This document shows positions 62,778 to 64,000 of a stretch of 64,000 nucleotides of DNA, in pieces (the first letter of the stretch is position 1; each line of letters opens with the position of its first letter). The stretch lies in the NCBI RefSeq assembly GCF_009914755.1, contig NC_060932.1, one strand, 5' to 3'. The stretch is from the human T2T-CHM13v2.0 reference genome, Homo sapiens. Below the pieces are notes generated by a model. That model saw only the letters and a program-made list of their open reading frames with translations, was not told where the DNA came from and searched no databases. Made by a program: the position numbers and the translations under genes.

Positions 62778-64000
62778 TGTTGTGGGTTAAATTGTGTCCC
62801 CACAAAAGATATGTTGAAATCCTGGGATATTGTTATTCATAATAAACACATATTGGTTCATCTCATTCCTTGGCAAAGCTCCTAAAACTCTTGGAATTTC
62901 TTAAGTGATAAAAGCAATAAAGGTGAAAGGAGAATCTTGTGCCATTCATAACAAGCCCCTTTCAATCACACCTGAGTTTGTGTTAATAAGCTGATTTTTG
63001 GAAAGTCCCTAAAGATAGAGAGCTGGTTGCCAGGGGGAACTAACCATATGATAAGAAGGTTAGAACTTTTAGCTCCACCCCTGACCTTTTAAGGAAGAGG
63101 AGAAAGACTGAAAATAGAAGGTTGAGTTGATCACCAACAAACAATGATTTAATCAAAAATGCCTATATAATGAAACCTCAATAAAAACTGAAGAGGACAG
63201 GATTCAGAGAATCTCTAGGTTGGTGAAAAATAGTGGTGTTGGGAGAGTTGGTATACCCAGTGAGGGTATGGAAGCTCTGTGCCACCCACCCCCCAGCCCA
63301 ATACCTTGACCTGTGCATCTCTTCCATCTGGCTGTTTCTGAGTTGTATCCTTTTTAATAAGCCAGTAAGCACAAGTAAAGTGTTTCTTGGAATTCTGTGA
63401 GCAATTCTGGCAAATTCTCAAACCTGAAGAAGGAGTTGTGGGAACCCTCAACCTATAGCTGGTTGGTCAGAAGTATGGAAGGCCCATACGTATAATTGAC
63501 ATCTGAGGTAGTGCAGTATTTTTAGTACTAAGCCCTTAACTTGTGGGGGCTGAGCTAATTCTGGATATTACTAGTGTTAGAATTGAGTTAAACTGTAAGA
63601 TATGCAGCTGACATCCAGAGAGTTGAAGAATTTGTTCATGTTGGAAAATGCTTCAAGTTGAAACCCTGGTACTTTTGCATGTGACCTTATTTGGAAATAG
63701 GGACTTTGCAGATATTAATTAAGTTATGATGATGTCATAGTGGATTAGGGTAGGCCCCAAATGTGATGATTATTTTCCTTATCAGAAAGTTATGTGAAGA
63801 CTCGGGGACACAGGGACACACAAGGGAAATGCGATGTGACTATGGAGACACAGATTAGAGTGATGGGTCCACAGGTCTCAGGGTCCTCAAACAACCACCA
63901 GAAGATAGGAAGAGGCAAGGATCATACCCTAGAGCCTTCAGAGACAGCATGGCCCAGCTGACATCTTGAATTCAGACATCTAGCCTCCAGAACCTCCAAA
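62778..64000 (+). mobile_element. MLT1B-type LTR (62778-62822 and about 63657-64000) split by a MER21 insertion
   Basis: tgttgtgggttaaattgtgtcccc start; resumes atgtgaccttatttggaaataggg...tagcctccagaac. Confidence 0.8.
62823..63650 (+). mobile_element. MER21C-type LTR
   Basis: agctcctaaaactcttggaatttc, ttcataacaagcccctttcaa and gcatctcttccatctggctgtt motifs. Confidence 0.82.

Noticed and set aside
62813-63669. 13-bp near-duplication gttgaaa(t/c)cctgg around MER21
   Set aside because: It is longer than an integrase TSD and can be explained by overlap of the MLT1B and MER21 end sequences.

Overview
AT-rich, CpG-poor hominoid (most likely human or great ape) non-coding DNA, judged from AluY/AluS/AluJ, L1PA3-L1PA5, THE1C and MADE1 content. 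I see no cellular protein-coding exon, tRNA, rRNA or CpG island. All credible ORFs in the track are LINE-1 ORF0/ORF1/ORF2 remnants; the rest are Alu-derived or chance ORFs. Main structures: (1) a twin-primed, 5'-inverted L1PA3/4 at 15.1-18.3 kb; (2) a 5'-truncated L1PA5 at 31.2-32.5 kb; (3) a near-full-length L1PA3 at 40.9-47.0 kb that lacks the YY1 site, keeps an open ORF0 and sits inside the tail of an AluY; (4) a complete ancient MLT1J MaLR provirus at 4.5-6.5 kb; (5) two L1 derivatives with large internal deletions; (6) many old LTR, MIR, L2 and DNA-transposon relics; (7) a few repeat-free stretches with promoter- or enhancer-like motif clusters. The most unexpected signal is that two L1 copies about 25 kb apart share several non-consensus substitutions, including the same ORF2 nonsense codon, which suggests local gene conversion. 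I found no evidence of a wholly new biological system. Subfamily calls come from remembered consensus sequences, and boundaries of old elements are approximate.
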